Source: Oscillospiraceae bacterium (GTDB taxonomy: Bacteria > Bacillota > Clostridia > Oscillospirales > Ruminococcaceae). Taken from it: a stretch of DNA of 64,000 nucleotides. A program made the position numbers and the translations under genes. The stretch covers positions 12,101 to 76,100 of the forward strand of contig JAAYCI010000097.1 in NCBI GenBank assembly GCA_012729855.1, given 5' to 3'. Position 1 is the stretch's first letter. Every line of letters begins with the position of its first letter. Shown here one piece after another: positions 6,405-15,059 of the stretch. The notes beneath the pieces were generated by a model. It was not told the DNA's origin. It worked only from the letters and a program-made list of their open reading frames with translations, and did not search any database.

Positions 6405-8912
6405 CTACCCGCACTTAGAGTACCCGCAATTGCGGCAGATCACGCAGCCGCCCTCGTGCTCAATGGGGCCGCCGCATTCGGGGCAGCCGTTGCCTTTTTT
6501 GGTGGCCGTACGCTTTTTGGCGGCCGGCTTTTGGGCCACTGCCGGGGCGGGGGGCAAAGCGGTCTCCAGCAGGGCTATGGCGGGGGTGCTGGCCCGGGGC
6601 GGCTCGGGCCCATCGTCGGGGCCCAGCTGGCGGCCGGGGGTCAGGGGCTCGGGGGCCAGGCGGGCCCATCCCGCCGCAAGCGCATCGCGGCCGCCTGTCG
6701 GCGTCCACTCTGCGGCGTCGGGCGCGGATAAATCGCTCTGCGATTTCCATCCGCGGCCGTTACCGGCCCCTGGATCACTTTTGTAAGCCTCAATATAATC
6801 GTTCACCTTCATCACCACTTTGGCAATGGCGTCGGGGCAGGAGGTGCAGCTCATGCCCGGCTGGCGGATGGTGGACGGGCAGCGGATGCCCTTGAGCTGG
6901 CTGCACACCTCGCGCACGCTCATGCCACTGCGCAACGCCACGCTGCACAGCCGGGCGGTGGCCTCGCTTTGGCTGGGGCAGCCGCCCGCCTTGCCGGTGC
7001 TGGTGAACACCTCGCAAATGCCGTTTTCGTCGTAGTTCACGGTAACATACAGGTTGCCGCAGCCTATCTTCATGCGCTCGGTGAAGCCGCTGGTGATGGC
7101 CGGGCGTGGCCGCGGGGTGATGTGGCCGTAAGGCTGCAGGTTATCGGGCATGCTGGCCAGCACGCCGTCGGGGCTGGGCAGGGAACTGCCGTCGTTCACC
7201 GCGCCAATGTTCAGCACCTGGCTCTCGCGGCTGCCGTCGCGGTAGATGGTGACGCCCTTGCAGCCCTCGCGGAAGGCCAGCTTGTACACCTCGGCCACCT
7301 CCTCGCGGGTGGCACTGTGGGGAAAGTTCACCGTTTTGCTCACGGCGTTGTCGGTGTTCAGCTGGAAGGCCGCCTGCATTTGGATGTGGTACAGCGGGCT
7401 GACGTCGTGCGCGCAGACAAACACCCGGCGTACCTCCTCGGGGATCTCCTCGATGTGGGCAATGGTGCCCTCCTGTGATATTTTGCGCATAAGGTCGTCG
7501 GAATAGAGGCCCAGCTCCTGCAATTTGGCCGCCAGGATAGGGCTTGCTTCCACCATCTCGGTGCCGTCCATGATGTTGCGCACAAAGGCGTAGGCAAACA
7601 CCGGCTCTACCCCGCTGGAGCAGCCGGCGATGATGCTGAGGGTACCGGTGGGGGCAATGGTGGTGATGGTGGCGTTGCGCAGGGGTTCGCCGTCTTTAAA
7701 GATGGACTGGGCGAAGGTGGGGAAGGCGCCGCGGGTTTTGGCCAGCGCCATGGACGCCTTGCGGCCGGTGTTGGTGATGAAGGCCATCAGGCGCTCGGCC
7801 AGGGCCAGGGCGTCGGCGCTGTTGTAGGGGATACCCAGCAGCAGCAGCATATCGGCAAAGCCCATCACCCCCAGGCCGATCTTGCGGGTGGCGCGGGTGG
7901 TCTCGGCAATGATGGGCAGCGGGTAGTTGTTCACGTCGATGACATTGTCCAGGAAATGCACGGCGCCCGCCACGGTGTCGCCCAGCAGGCCCCAGTCGAT
8001 CTCAGCGCCGTTTTCGCCTGTTTTTACCATCTTCACCAGGTTGATGCTGCCCAGGTTGCAGCTTTCGTAGGGCAGCAGCGGCTGCTCGCCGCAGGGGTTG
8101 GTGCTCTCTATTTCACCCAGGCTCGGCACCACGTTGTCGCGGTTCAGGCGGTCCAAAAAGATGATGCCCGGCTCACCGTTCAGCCAGGCGGCGTCCACAA
8201 TTTTATCAAACACCGCGCGGGCGTTCAGCGTGCCGGCGGGCTTTTTGCTCTTGGGGTCTATCAGGTCATAGTCTTCACCGGCCTTGGCGGCCTGCATAAA
8301 GGCCTCGGTGAGGCCCACGCTGATGTTGAAGTTGGTGATGTCGGCGTTGTCCTTCTTGCAGTCGATGAACTCCAGGATATCGGGGTGGTCCACCCGCAGG
8401 ATGCCCATGTTGGCGCCCCGGCGGGTGCCGCCCTGCTTCACGGCCTCGGTGGCCATGTTGAACACCCGCATAAAGCTGACCGGCCCGCTGGCTACGCCGC
8501 CCGTGGAATTGACGGTGGAGCCGCTGGGCCGCAGCCGCGAAAAGCTGAAGCCAGTGCCGCCGCCGCTTTTGTGGATGAGGGCGGCGTTTTTCAGCGCGTC
8601 GAAGATGCCCTCCATGCTGTCCTCCACCGGCAGCACAAAGCAGGCGCTGAGCTGGCCCAGCGGCCGGCCGGCGTTCATCAGCGTGGGGCTGTTGGGCAAA
8701 AAGCGCAGGTCGGTCATCAGGGTGTAGAATTTGTCCTCACTCGCCTGCAGGTTCGCCTTTTTGTCGTGGGCGGCGTCGGCCGCGGCCACCGCTTTGGCCA
8801 CCCGGCGGAACAGGCCCTCCAGTGTTTCCACCACCGCGCCGGTTTCGTCTTTGGCCAGGTAGCGTGTTTCCAGTACTTTTACCGCGTTTGCGCCTATCTC
8901 TGTTAGTGCCAT
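6405..8912 (-). CDS. nrdJ: Class II (adenosylcobalamin-dependent) ribonucleotide reductase with a C-terminal Zn-ribbon tail
   Basis: 835-aa ORF with the typical NrdJ core (TLMNAG, NPCGEQPL, SNLC-like CNLGSINL) and a C-terminal CPECGG...CVICRNCG motif. A GGGAGG SD is present. Confidence 0.93.
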   Translation of the reverse strand: MALTEIGANAVKVLETRYLAKDETGAVVETLEGLFRRVAKAVAAADAAHDKKANLQASEDKFYTLMTDLRFLPNSPTLMNAGRPLGQLSACFVLPVEDSMEGIFDALKNAALIHKSGGGTGFSFSRLRPSGSTVNSTGGVASGPVSFMRVFNMATEAVKQGGTRRGANMGILRVDHPDILEFIDCKKDNADITNFNISVGLTEAFMQAAKAGEDYDLIDPKSKKPAGTLNARAVFDKIVDAAWLNGEPGIIFLDRLNRDNVVPSLGEIESTNPCGEQPLLPYESCNLGSINLVKMVKTGENGAEIDWGLLGDTVAGAVHFLDNVIDVNNYPLPIIAETTRATRKIGLGVMGFADMLLLLGIPYNSADALALAERLMAFITNTGRKASMALAKTRGAFPTFAQSIFKDGEPLRNATITTIAPTGTLSIIAGCSSGVEPVFAYAFVRNIMDGTEMVEASPILAAKLQELGLYSDDLMRKISQEGTIAHIEEIPEEVRRVFVCAHDVSPLYHIQMQAAFQLNTDNAVSKTVNFPHSATREEVAEVYKLAFREGCKGVTIYRDGSRESQVLNIGAVNDGSSLPSPDGVLASMPDNLQPYGHITPRPRPAITSGFTERMKIGCGNLYVTVNYDENGICEVFTSTGKAGGCPSQSEATARLCSVALRSGMSVREVCSQLKGIRCPSTIRQPGMSCTSCPDAIAKVVMKVNDYIEAYKSDPGAGNGRGWKSQSDLSAPDAAEWTPTGGRDALAAGWARLAPEPLTPGRQLGPDDGPEPPRASTPAIALLETALPPAPAVAQKPAAKKRTATKKGNGCPECGGPIEHEGGCVICRNCGYSKCG

Positions 8913-9059
8913 AACTGCCTCCCAATGCTATACCGCCATGGTTTTTGGCGGAAAGTGTGCCCCACAAGGCCTTTTTGGGCCATATGGGGGTTTTTTATGT
9001 CTGTGTTTGTGCCGCAGTGCCGTGGGCTGCCCCACAGCCTGACTTATTCAAGTGTATTT

Positions 9060-9088
9060 ATTCTACCACTATATATTGTGGTCTGCAA
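9060..9088 (-). promoter_or_regulatory. Putative nrdJ promoter (-35 TTGCAG, 17-nt spacer, -10 TAGAAT)
   Basis: The minus strand reads TTGCAG-ACCACAATATATAGTGG-TAGAAT, about 150 nt upstream of the nrdJ ATG. Confidence 0.55.
9065..9082. promoter_or_regulatory. NrdR-box-like palindrome
   Basis: ACCACTATATATTGTGGT has the remembered NrdR box pattern (ACAC-AT-rich-GTGT). It fills the spacer of the putative nrdJ promoter. Confidence 0.65.
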
Positions 9089-9332
9089 GATATAAAACGC
9101 TAAATGCTGTCGTTTGAAGTGCAAGTGTAAAGATAGTGGAGGGCTACCCATCGCATACAAAAAGCAGAAGGCCCATTGCCAGTGGCCAGGAACGTCGGTT
9201 TTGGCTTTTGACCTTATGGGGTTGTCGGGGGCGTTGCTCCCGACAACCCCAGGGTCAAGGGCAATAATGGCCCGCTTTGGTGCCTTTTCTAAGCAACGTT
9301 TTCAGACACGCTGAAGCAAAAAAACCACAGGT

Positions 9333-9361
9333 TTGACGGCAGCCGCCCAACTGCGTATACT
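9333..9361 (+). promoter_or_regulatory. Putative promoter of the MYG1-family gene (-35 TTGACG, 17 nt, -10 TATACT)
   Basis: Hexamers lie at 9333-9338 and 9356-9361, about 33 nt upstream of the AGGAGG-preceded ATG at 9394. Confidence 0.55.
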
Positions 9362-9393
9362 ATGGTATGAGAGAGAATAGGAGGCACTTTTTG

Positions 9394-10314
9394 ATGGAAC
9401 TGAAAGGCAACCCGGCCGGCTTACCCGATTTGGCGTTCACCCATGGCGGCCGGTTCCACGCAGACGATGTTTTTTCCGCAGCGCTGCTTAAAATGCTGCA
9501 CCCCGATATCCGCATTTACCGGGGCTACCAGGTGCCCAAGGGGTTTTCGGGTATTGTGTTCGACATTGGCGACGGCCCGTTTGACCACCACGCCAAGGGC
9601 AGCCCCCGGCGCCAAAACGGCGCGCCCTACGCGGCCTTTGGCCTGCTGTGGCGGGCGTACGGCGTGTGGTTTTTACCGCAGGAGGAAGCCTCCAAATTCG
9701 ATGAAAAATTCATACAACCGCTGGATATTGACGACAACAGCGGCACCGGCAACCTGCTGGCGGTGCTGATAAACTCCTTCAACCCCACCTGGGACAGCGA
9801 CCGCGACCCCGACGACGCCTTTATGGAGGCGGTGGACGTGGCCCAAAAGCTGCTGGGCCACCGGCTGGACAGCATGGCGTCCTTTCTGCGCGGGCAGGAC
9901 ATTGTGCAGGCGGCATTGGCCAAGATGGAAAACGGCCTGGTGACGCTGGAAAAATACGTGCCCTGGAAGCCGCTGCTCATCCCCTCGGCCGCCGAGTTTG
10001 TGGCGCTGCCCTCGCCCCGCAGCGGGTGGAGCCTGCAGTGCGTGCCCAAGGACTGGAAGGGCCACAACAAGATCCCCTTCCCGCCCGAGTGGCGGGGCCA
10101 GCCGGCCGAGACACTGCAGAGGATTACCGGCGTTGCGGACATCACCTTCTGCCATTCCAGCGGGTTCATGTGTTCGGCGGCCAGCCTGGAGGGCGCCCGG
10201 CAGCTGGCCCGCCTGGCCCAGGCCGATTTTGCCCGCCGCGAGGAGGAGGCCGCCCGGCGCAAAGCCGCTGCCGAGGCCGCCGCCCCAAAACCGGCCAGCG
10301 CCCCCGCTGTGTGA
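9394..10314 (+). CDS. MYG1/UPF0160 family metal-dependent hydrolase
   Basis: HGGRFHADDVFSAALL and DIGDGPFDHH motifs. Start set at the ATG that follows AGGAGG; the track ORF starts at 9367. Confidence 0.8.
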   Translation: MELKGNPAGLPDLAFTHGGRFHADDVFSAALLKMLHPDIRIYRGYQVPKGFSGIVFDIGDGPFDHHAKGSPRRQNGAPYAAFGLLWRAYGVWFLPQEEASKFDEKFIQPLDIDDNSGTGNLLAVLINSFNPTWDSDRDPDDAFMEAVDVAQKLLGHRLDSMASFLRGQDIVQAALAKMENGLVTLEKYVPWKPLLIPSAAEFVALPSPRSGWSLQCVPKDWKGHNKIPFPPEWRGQPAETLQRITGVADITFCHSSGFMCSAASLEGARQLARLAQADFARREEEAARRKAAAEAAAPKPASAPAV

Positions 10315-10604
10315 TGTGGGCTTACCTTTTGCGCTGCCGCGACGGCAGCCTGTATGCCGGCTGGACGACCGACCTTGAAAAACGCCTGGCAGCCCACAAC
10401 GCCGGCAGGGGCGCCAAGTACACCCGCGGCCGCCGCCCGGTGGCGCTGGTGTGGGCGGAAGCCTACGAGAACAAAAACGCCGCCATGGCGCAGGAAGCGC
10501 GCATGAAGCGCATGACCAAGGCCCAAAAAGAGGCACTTGTATTGCAAAACCAGTCGAATTTTAATATGCTTGTGAAAACGGCTGCCTTTGGCAAAAGCCT
10601 GTGA
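10314..10604 (+). CDS. GIY-YIG (URI) domain small nuclease-family protein
   Basis: MWAYLLRCRDGSLYAGWTTDLEKRLAAHNAG.GAKYTRGRRP is a classic GIY-YIG signature. Its ATG overlaps the upstream TGA (TGATG), suggesting translational coupling. Confidence 0.8.
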   Translation: MWAYLLRCRDGSLYAGWTTDLEKRLAAHNAGRGAKYTRGRRPVALVWAEAYENKNAAMAQEARMKRMTKAQKEALVLQNQSNFNMLVKTAAFGKSL

Positions 10605-10836
10605 ATGCTGCAATGAATGGGTGCCACCACGGGGCAGGGCCCTGCGCCCTGCCCCCTGCACCCTTTGGGCGCGTGTTCCGCGGCAGCGCCGCAGGGTATT
10701 TCAACCATGCCTGGCCTGCCGCACCCGGCTATGCGAATGTGGTGCTTTCCCATAACCCTCGCTTTGTTGGCCAATAGAACCCCCAAAAACACCCCCCGGC
10801 TGGCCGGAGGGTGTTTGCTTATGCTGTGGCTGGGGG

Positions 10837-11685
10837 TCAGGCGCTCTCCCAGGCCAGGGGCGGCTCAAAGCTTGTCAGGTATTCGGCGGGCACCAGGTGG
10901 GTATGGTCCAGCACCTGCACAAAGTCGCCCGTGGTGGGGGTGTAGGCGTACAGGCGGGTGCCGGGCTGGCTCACGGTGCTCTCAATGTCGGCCACCACAA
11001 AGAAGGTGGCCACGCCGCCGCCCACATAGAAGGCCGGAACACTCACGGACGCCACGGTTTCGCCGTCCATCAGCCCGGGAACCATACCGGCCAGGGCCTC
11101 GGTGGCCACACCCTCGGCCTGCAGCGCATCCTCCACCGTGACAAGCCGGCCGAGCTCGCGGCTGTATACCAGCGAGAACAAGTCGCCGGCGCTGGCGGCT
11201 GCGGGCAGCAGCTCCCGGCGCAGAATCACCTGCACGCTGTCTTCGTCCTCAATAACAAAGGCACGCAGCTCCATCCATTCGTCGCCCATGTCGCCGTTGA
11301 TATAGTCGGAGAACGTACCGCCATAGTCCACATCCTGGCAGTTGGCAAAGGCAGTGATGGCGGTGTTCATCTCGGCGGTTTCGGGGTTGCTGGCGCCGTC
11401 GGCCAGCGCGATATAGGGCACTTCGATCAGGTTGCGGCCATCGGCGTACTGCGCCTGCATCTCCACATGCAGGCCCACGGTGTCGGGCACGGTCGGCTCA
11501 CTGAAGTCGGGCAGCGAGGTGGGGCCGGGCACGGGGTCATCCCCGATATCCACCAGCGATTGGGAGCTGGGCGCCGGGGCCGGGGCCGGCGGCGCGGATG
11601 ACGACGCGGGCGTTTGGCCGCAGGCGGCCAGCAGCAGCGCGGTAGCCAGGCCGGCGGCCAGCAGGGCAGTCAGGGGCTTTTTCAT
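10837..11685 (-). CDS. Putative lipoprotein of unknown function
   Basis: MKKPLTALLAAGLATALLLAACGQ carries a signal peptide with an LAAC lipobox, followed by a Pro/Ala/Ser linker. A GAGGAGG SD is present. Start set at the internal Met. Confidence 0.7.
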   Translation of the reverse strand: MKKPLTALLAAGLATALLLAACGQTPASSSAPPAPAPAPSSQSLVDIGDDPVPGPTSLPDFSEPTVPDTVGLHVEMQAQYADGRNLIEVPYIALADGASNPETAEMNTAITAFANCQDVDYGGTFSDYINGDMGDEWMELRAFVIEDEDSVQVILRRELLPAAASAGDLFSLVYSRELGRLVTVEDALQAEGVATEALAGMVPGLMDGETVASVSVPAFYVGGGVATFFVVADIESTVSQPGTRLYAYTPTTGDFVQVLDHTHLVPAEYLTSFEPPLAWESA

Positions 11686-11939
11686 GGGGGGTTCCTCCTC
11701 TTTGTGTGCCCGCGTGGGCACTTTATCCCTTTTCCCGTTATCCGTGTAGGGTTTACGCCCCAAACTATAGCATACCTGCGGCCGCTTTTCCAGTACCGCT
11801 TGCGGGCCGGGCAGCAGCTGGGCGGCCTTCGTCAAGCATGGCTTGACAAACGCGCTGCCCGGGGGCATTATAGACATGTTATAGACGGACGCCTGTTTCA
11901 CCTTTATTTTATAAGGCGGCTTTAACGGAGGATAATGGC

Positions 11940-13298
11940 ATGCAGATCGTGATTGTGGGTGACGGCAAGGTGGGTTTTGCCCTGACCCAGATGCTGATAG
12001 ACGAAGAACACAGCGTGACGGTGGTGGACTCTGACCCCAAGGTGCTGGAGCGCACCCAGGAGGCCTGCGACGCCATGGCCGTGCAGGGGCACGGGGCCTC
12101 GCGCACGGTGCTGCTGGAGGCCGCGGCCGACACCGCCGAGCTGCTGATTGCCGCTACCGACAGCGACGAGGTGAACCTGCTGAGCTGCCTGATAGCCAAA
12201 AAGCTGGGCTGCCAGCAAACCATTGCCCGGGTGCGCAACCCCGAATACGCCGCCGACCTGGCCCTTTTGCGGGACGAAATGGGCCTGACCTTTGCCATTA
12301 ACCCCGAGGAGGCCTGCGCGCGGGAGATTTTCCGGCTGCTGCAGTTCCCCTCGCTGCTGGCGCGCGAGCAGTTTGCCAAGGGCAAGATGGAGATCGTCAA
12401 GCTGAAGGTGCGGGAGGGCTCGCCCTTGGCGGGCGTGCCGCTGTTTAACCTGTACAGCGCCGCCCGCGTGCAGGTGCTGGTGTGCGCGGTAGACCGCGAC
12501 GGCCAGGTGATTATACCCAACGGCAGCTTTGTGCTGCAGCAGGGGGACGATATTTTTGTAACGGCCGCGGTGGAGGACCTGACCGCCCTTTTGAAAAACC
12601 TGGGCATTGTTACCCGCAAAACCACCCAGGTAACGCTGGTGGGCGGCAGCCGCCTGGCGCTGTACCTGGCCCGGCTGCTGCTGCGCAGCGGCATGGGGGT
12701 GAAGATTATTGAGGTGAACCCCGAGCGCTGCCATTACCTGAGCGAGGTACTGCCCGCCGCCGACATTGTGGAGGGCGACGGCACCGCGCAGGAGGTGCTG
12801 CTGGCCGAAGGGGTGGAGCGCAGCGACGCGCTGGTGGCCCTTACGGGCATTGACGAGGAGAACATTGTATTGTCCATGTTCGCGCGCAACATGGGCATGC
12901 AAACCACCATTACCAAATGCAACCGCAGCCAGTACACGGTGATGTTCAACAAAATGGGCATTGATACCGTGGTGAGCCCCAAGATAACCATAGCCGAGGA
13001 GATTGTGCGCTATGTGCGCGCGCTGGACAACTCGGTGGGCAGCGCCATGATTACCCTGCACCAGATTGCCGGCGGCAAGGCCGAGGCGCTGGAGTTTGAG
13101 GCCGACCAAAACTCCCGGGTGCTGGATATCCCGCTGACCACGCTGGAGCTGAAGCCCGGCATCCTGATTGCCGGCATCTCCCGCGGCATGAAGACCATCA
13201 TTCCCAGGGGCGACTCGGTCATCCGTGACGGCGACTCGGTGGTGGTGGTTACGGCGGCCGACCGCCGCATTTATACCCTAGACGATATTCTGGCCTGA
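11940..13298 (+). CDS. trkA: Trk system potassium uptake protein TrkA (double RCK)
   Basis: 452 aa. MQIVIVGDGKVG is a Rossmann motif, repeated in the second half (VTLVGGSRLA). Confidence 0.92.
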   Translation: MQIVIVGDGKVGFALTQMLIDEEHSVTVVDSDPKVLERTQEACDAMAVQGHGASRTVLLEAAADTAELLIAATDSDEVNLLSCLIAKKLGCQQTIARVRNPEYAADLALLRDEMGLTFAINPEEACAREIFRLLQFPSLLAREQFAKGKMEIVKLKVREGSPLAGVPLFNLYSAARVQVLVCAVDRDGQVIIPNGSFVLQQGDDIFVTAAVEDLTALLKNLGIVTRKTTQVTLVGGSRLALYLARLLLRSGMGVKIIEVNPERCHYLSEVLPAADIVEGDGTAQEVLLAEGVERSDALVALTGIDEENIVLSMFARNMGMQTTITKCNRSQYTVMFNKMGIDTVVSPKITIAEEIVRYVRALDNSVGSAMITLHQIAGGKAEALEFEADQNSRVLDIPLTTLELKPGILIAGISRGMKTIIPRGDSVIRDGDSVVVVTAADRRIYTLDDILA

Positions 13299-13540
13299 CG
13301 GCGTGGCCGGGCCTGCCAAACGGCAGCGGGCCCGGCGGCTGCGGCCCTGTTTCCTTTTATACCCAGCATAATAATTTAAACACGTGGCATTCGCCGCCGG
13401 GCACGCCCCTGGGTGTGCCCGGGTGCCATGCATACGAATCACCGCGTGGGTACGCGGCGGGCGGGTGGTATCTGTCTGGTTTAAAGCGGTATGCTTTTAA
13501 ATGTGATTCAGTCTGCCCCCCGCTGTGAGGTGTAAGCACA

Positions 13541-14995
13541 TTGAATTTAAAGTCCGCCGGCAAGTTCCTCGGCTTTTTGATAAGCGCCGAGGCGGTTTTT
13601 TTGTTGCCGCCGCTGTTTGTGGCGCTGGGCTATGGGGAGGTGCCGGAGGCGCTGTCGTTTTTGGCCACCGCCATTATTTGCGGGGCGGTGGGCGGTGGGC
13701 TGGTGCTGCTGTGCCGCAAGCCCTAGCCCGGCGTATACGCCCGCGAGGCCTTTGTGGTGGCCGGCGCCGGCTGGATACTGGTAAGCCTGCTGGGCGCCCT
13801 GCCCTTTGTGATGAGCGGCGAGATTCCCAGCTACATCGACGCCTTTTTTGAGTCCGTAGCCGGATTCACCACCACCGGCACCTTCGCGTTGTCCGATATC
13901 GAGCTGTGGAGCCGCTCGATGCTGTTTTGGCGCAACTTTATCCAGTGGCTGGGCGGCATAGGCGTGCTGGCCTTTGTGGTGGCGCTGATGGGCTCTAAAA
14001 ACGGGGGGTTTGGCATGCACCTGCTGCGGGCCGAAAGCCCGGGCCCGCGCATGGGCAAGCTGGCGCCCAAAACCCGCCGCAGCGTGCATTATATTTATAT
14101 CGTGTACATCAGTCTTTCAGCCATATGCCTGGGGCTGCTGCTGGCCGGCGGCATGCCCACCTACGAGGCCTTTTGCACCATGTTTGGCGTGGCCGGCACC
14201 GGCGGCTTTGGCGTGCTGAACGACAGCATGGCCAGCTATTCTTCCTACCTGCAAACGGTGTGCACCATTTTTATGCTGCTGTTTGGCGTGAACTTTATTT
14301 TATACCCCCTGCTGCTGCGAAAAGAGTGGCGCAGCGTGCTGAAGGACGAGGAGCTGCGCCTGTACGCGGCCGTGGTGGCGGGGTCCATCGCCGTCATCAC
14401 CGGCGCGCTGCTGGTGGCGGGCCTGGGCGGGGTGGGCGACAGCCTGCATAATGCTTCTTTTATGGTCAGCTCGGTCATTACCAGCACGGGCATGTTTATT
14501 GGCGATTATGCCCACTGGCCGGCGCTGGCGCGCTCGCTGCTATTTCTGCTGATGATTGTGGGGGCGATGGGCGGCAGCACGGCCAGCGGGCTGAAGCTTT
14601 CCCGCGTGCTGATTTTGTTCCGCAGCCTGAAGGCCGGGCTGCACCGCCTGCTGCACCCCCGCAGCGTGAAAAAGGTGCACCTGAACGGCAAGCCGCTGAG
14701 CGACGAGGTTGTGGGCCGCACCCAGATGTTCTTTTTTCTCTACTGCGCGTTCATTATGGTGGCGTCGCTGCTGATAGCCGTGGACGGCCAGGCGCTGGAG
14801 ATAAACCTTTCGGCGGTGATGGCCTGCATCAACAACGTGGGCCCCGGGTTCGGGCTGGTAAGCTCTGTCTCCCATTTTGGCGATTTTTCGGTTTTCTCCA
14901 AGTTCATACTGGCCATCATGATGCTGGTGGGCCGTTTGGAGATTTTCCCCATTTTGATTTTATTCACGCCGTCTACCTGGCGGCGCAAAACCTGA
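13541..14995 (+). pseudogene. trkH: TrkH family K+ transporter, copy 1, interrupted by an in-frame TAG at codon 62
   Basis: ORFs 13541-13726 and 13754-14995 share one frame and are separated only by TAG 13724-13726. Read through the stop, the sequence aligns end to end with the adjacent trkH copy. Confidence 0.6.
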
Positions 14996-15059
14996 GCGGC
15001 TTCGGCCGGGAGGTGCTTTTATCAACTACCGTGTAACATCAAAATACCTGGGCCTGCTT

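Noticed and set aside
8913-9059. A cobalamin riboswitch in the nrdJ leader
   Set aside because: I could find no B12-box-like sequence (GCCACTG core) and no typical GGGAA/GGTGAAA elements. NrdJ uses B12 as a cofactor but is not normally riboswitch-controlled.
13299-13540. A c-di-AMP (ydaO-type) riboswitch upstream of trkH, or in the trkA leader at 11686-11939
   Set aside because: These are potassium transport genes next to a darA-containing region, so I looked for the ydaO/kimA signature (for example ACCCGAACCCG.CAGCTAACCTCGTAAGCG). It is absent. Only generic GC-rich hairpins are present.
13724-13726. The TAG in trkH copy 1 as programmed recoding (pyrrolysine or stop-codon reassignment)
   Set aside because: TAG is used as the ordinary stop of rpmH (41588-41590). 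No pyl genes or PYLIS-like context are visible in this window, and the paralog has ordinary residues at this position. A nonsense mutation or sequencing error is simpler.
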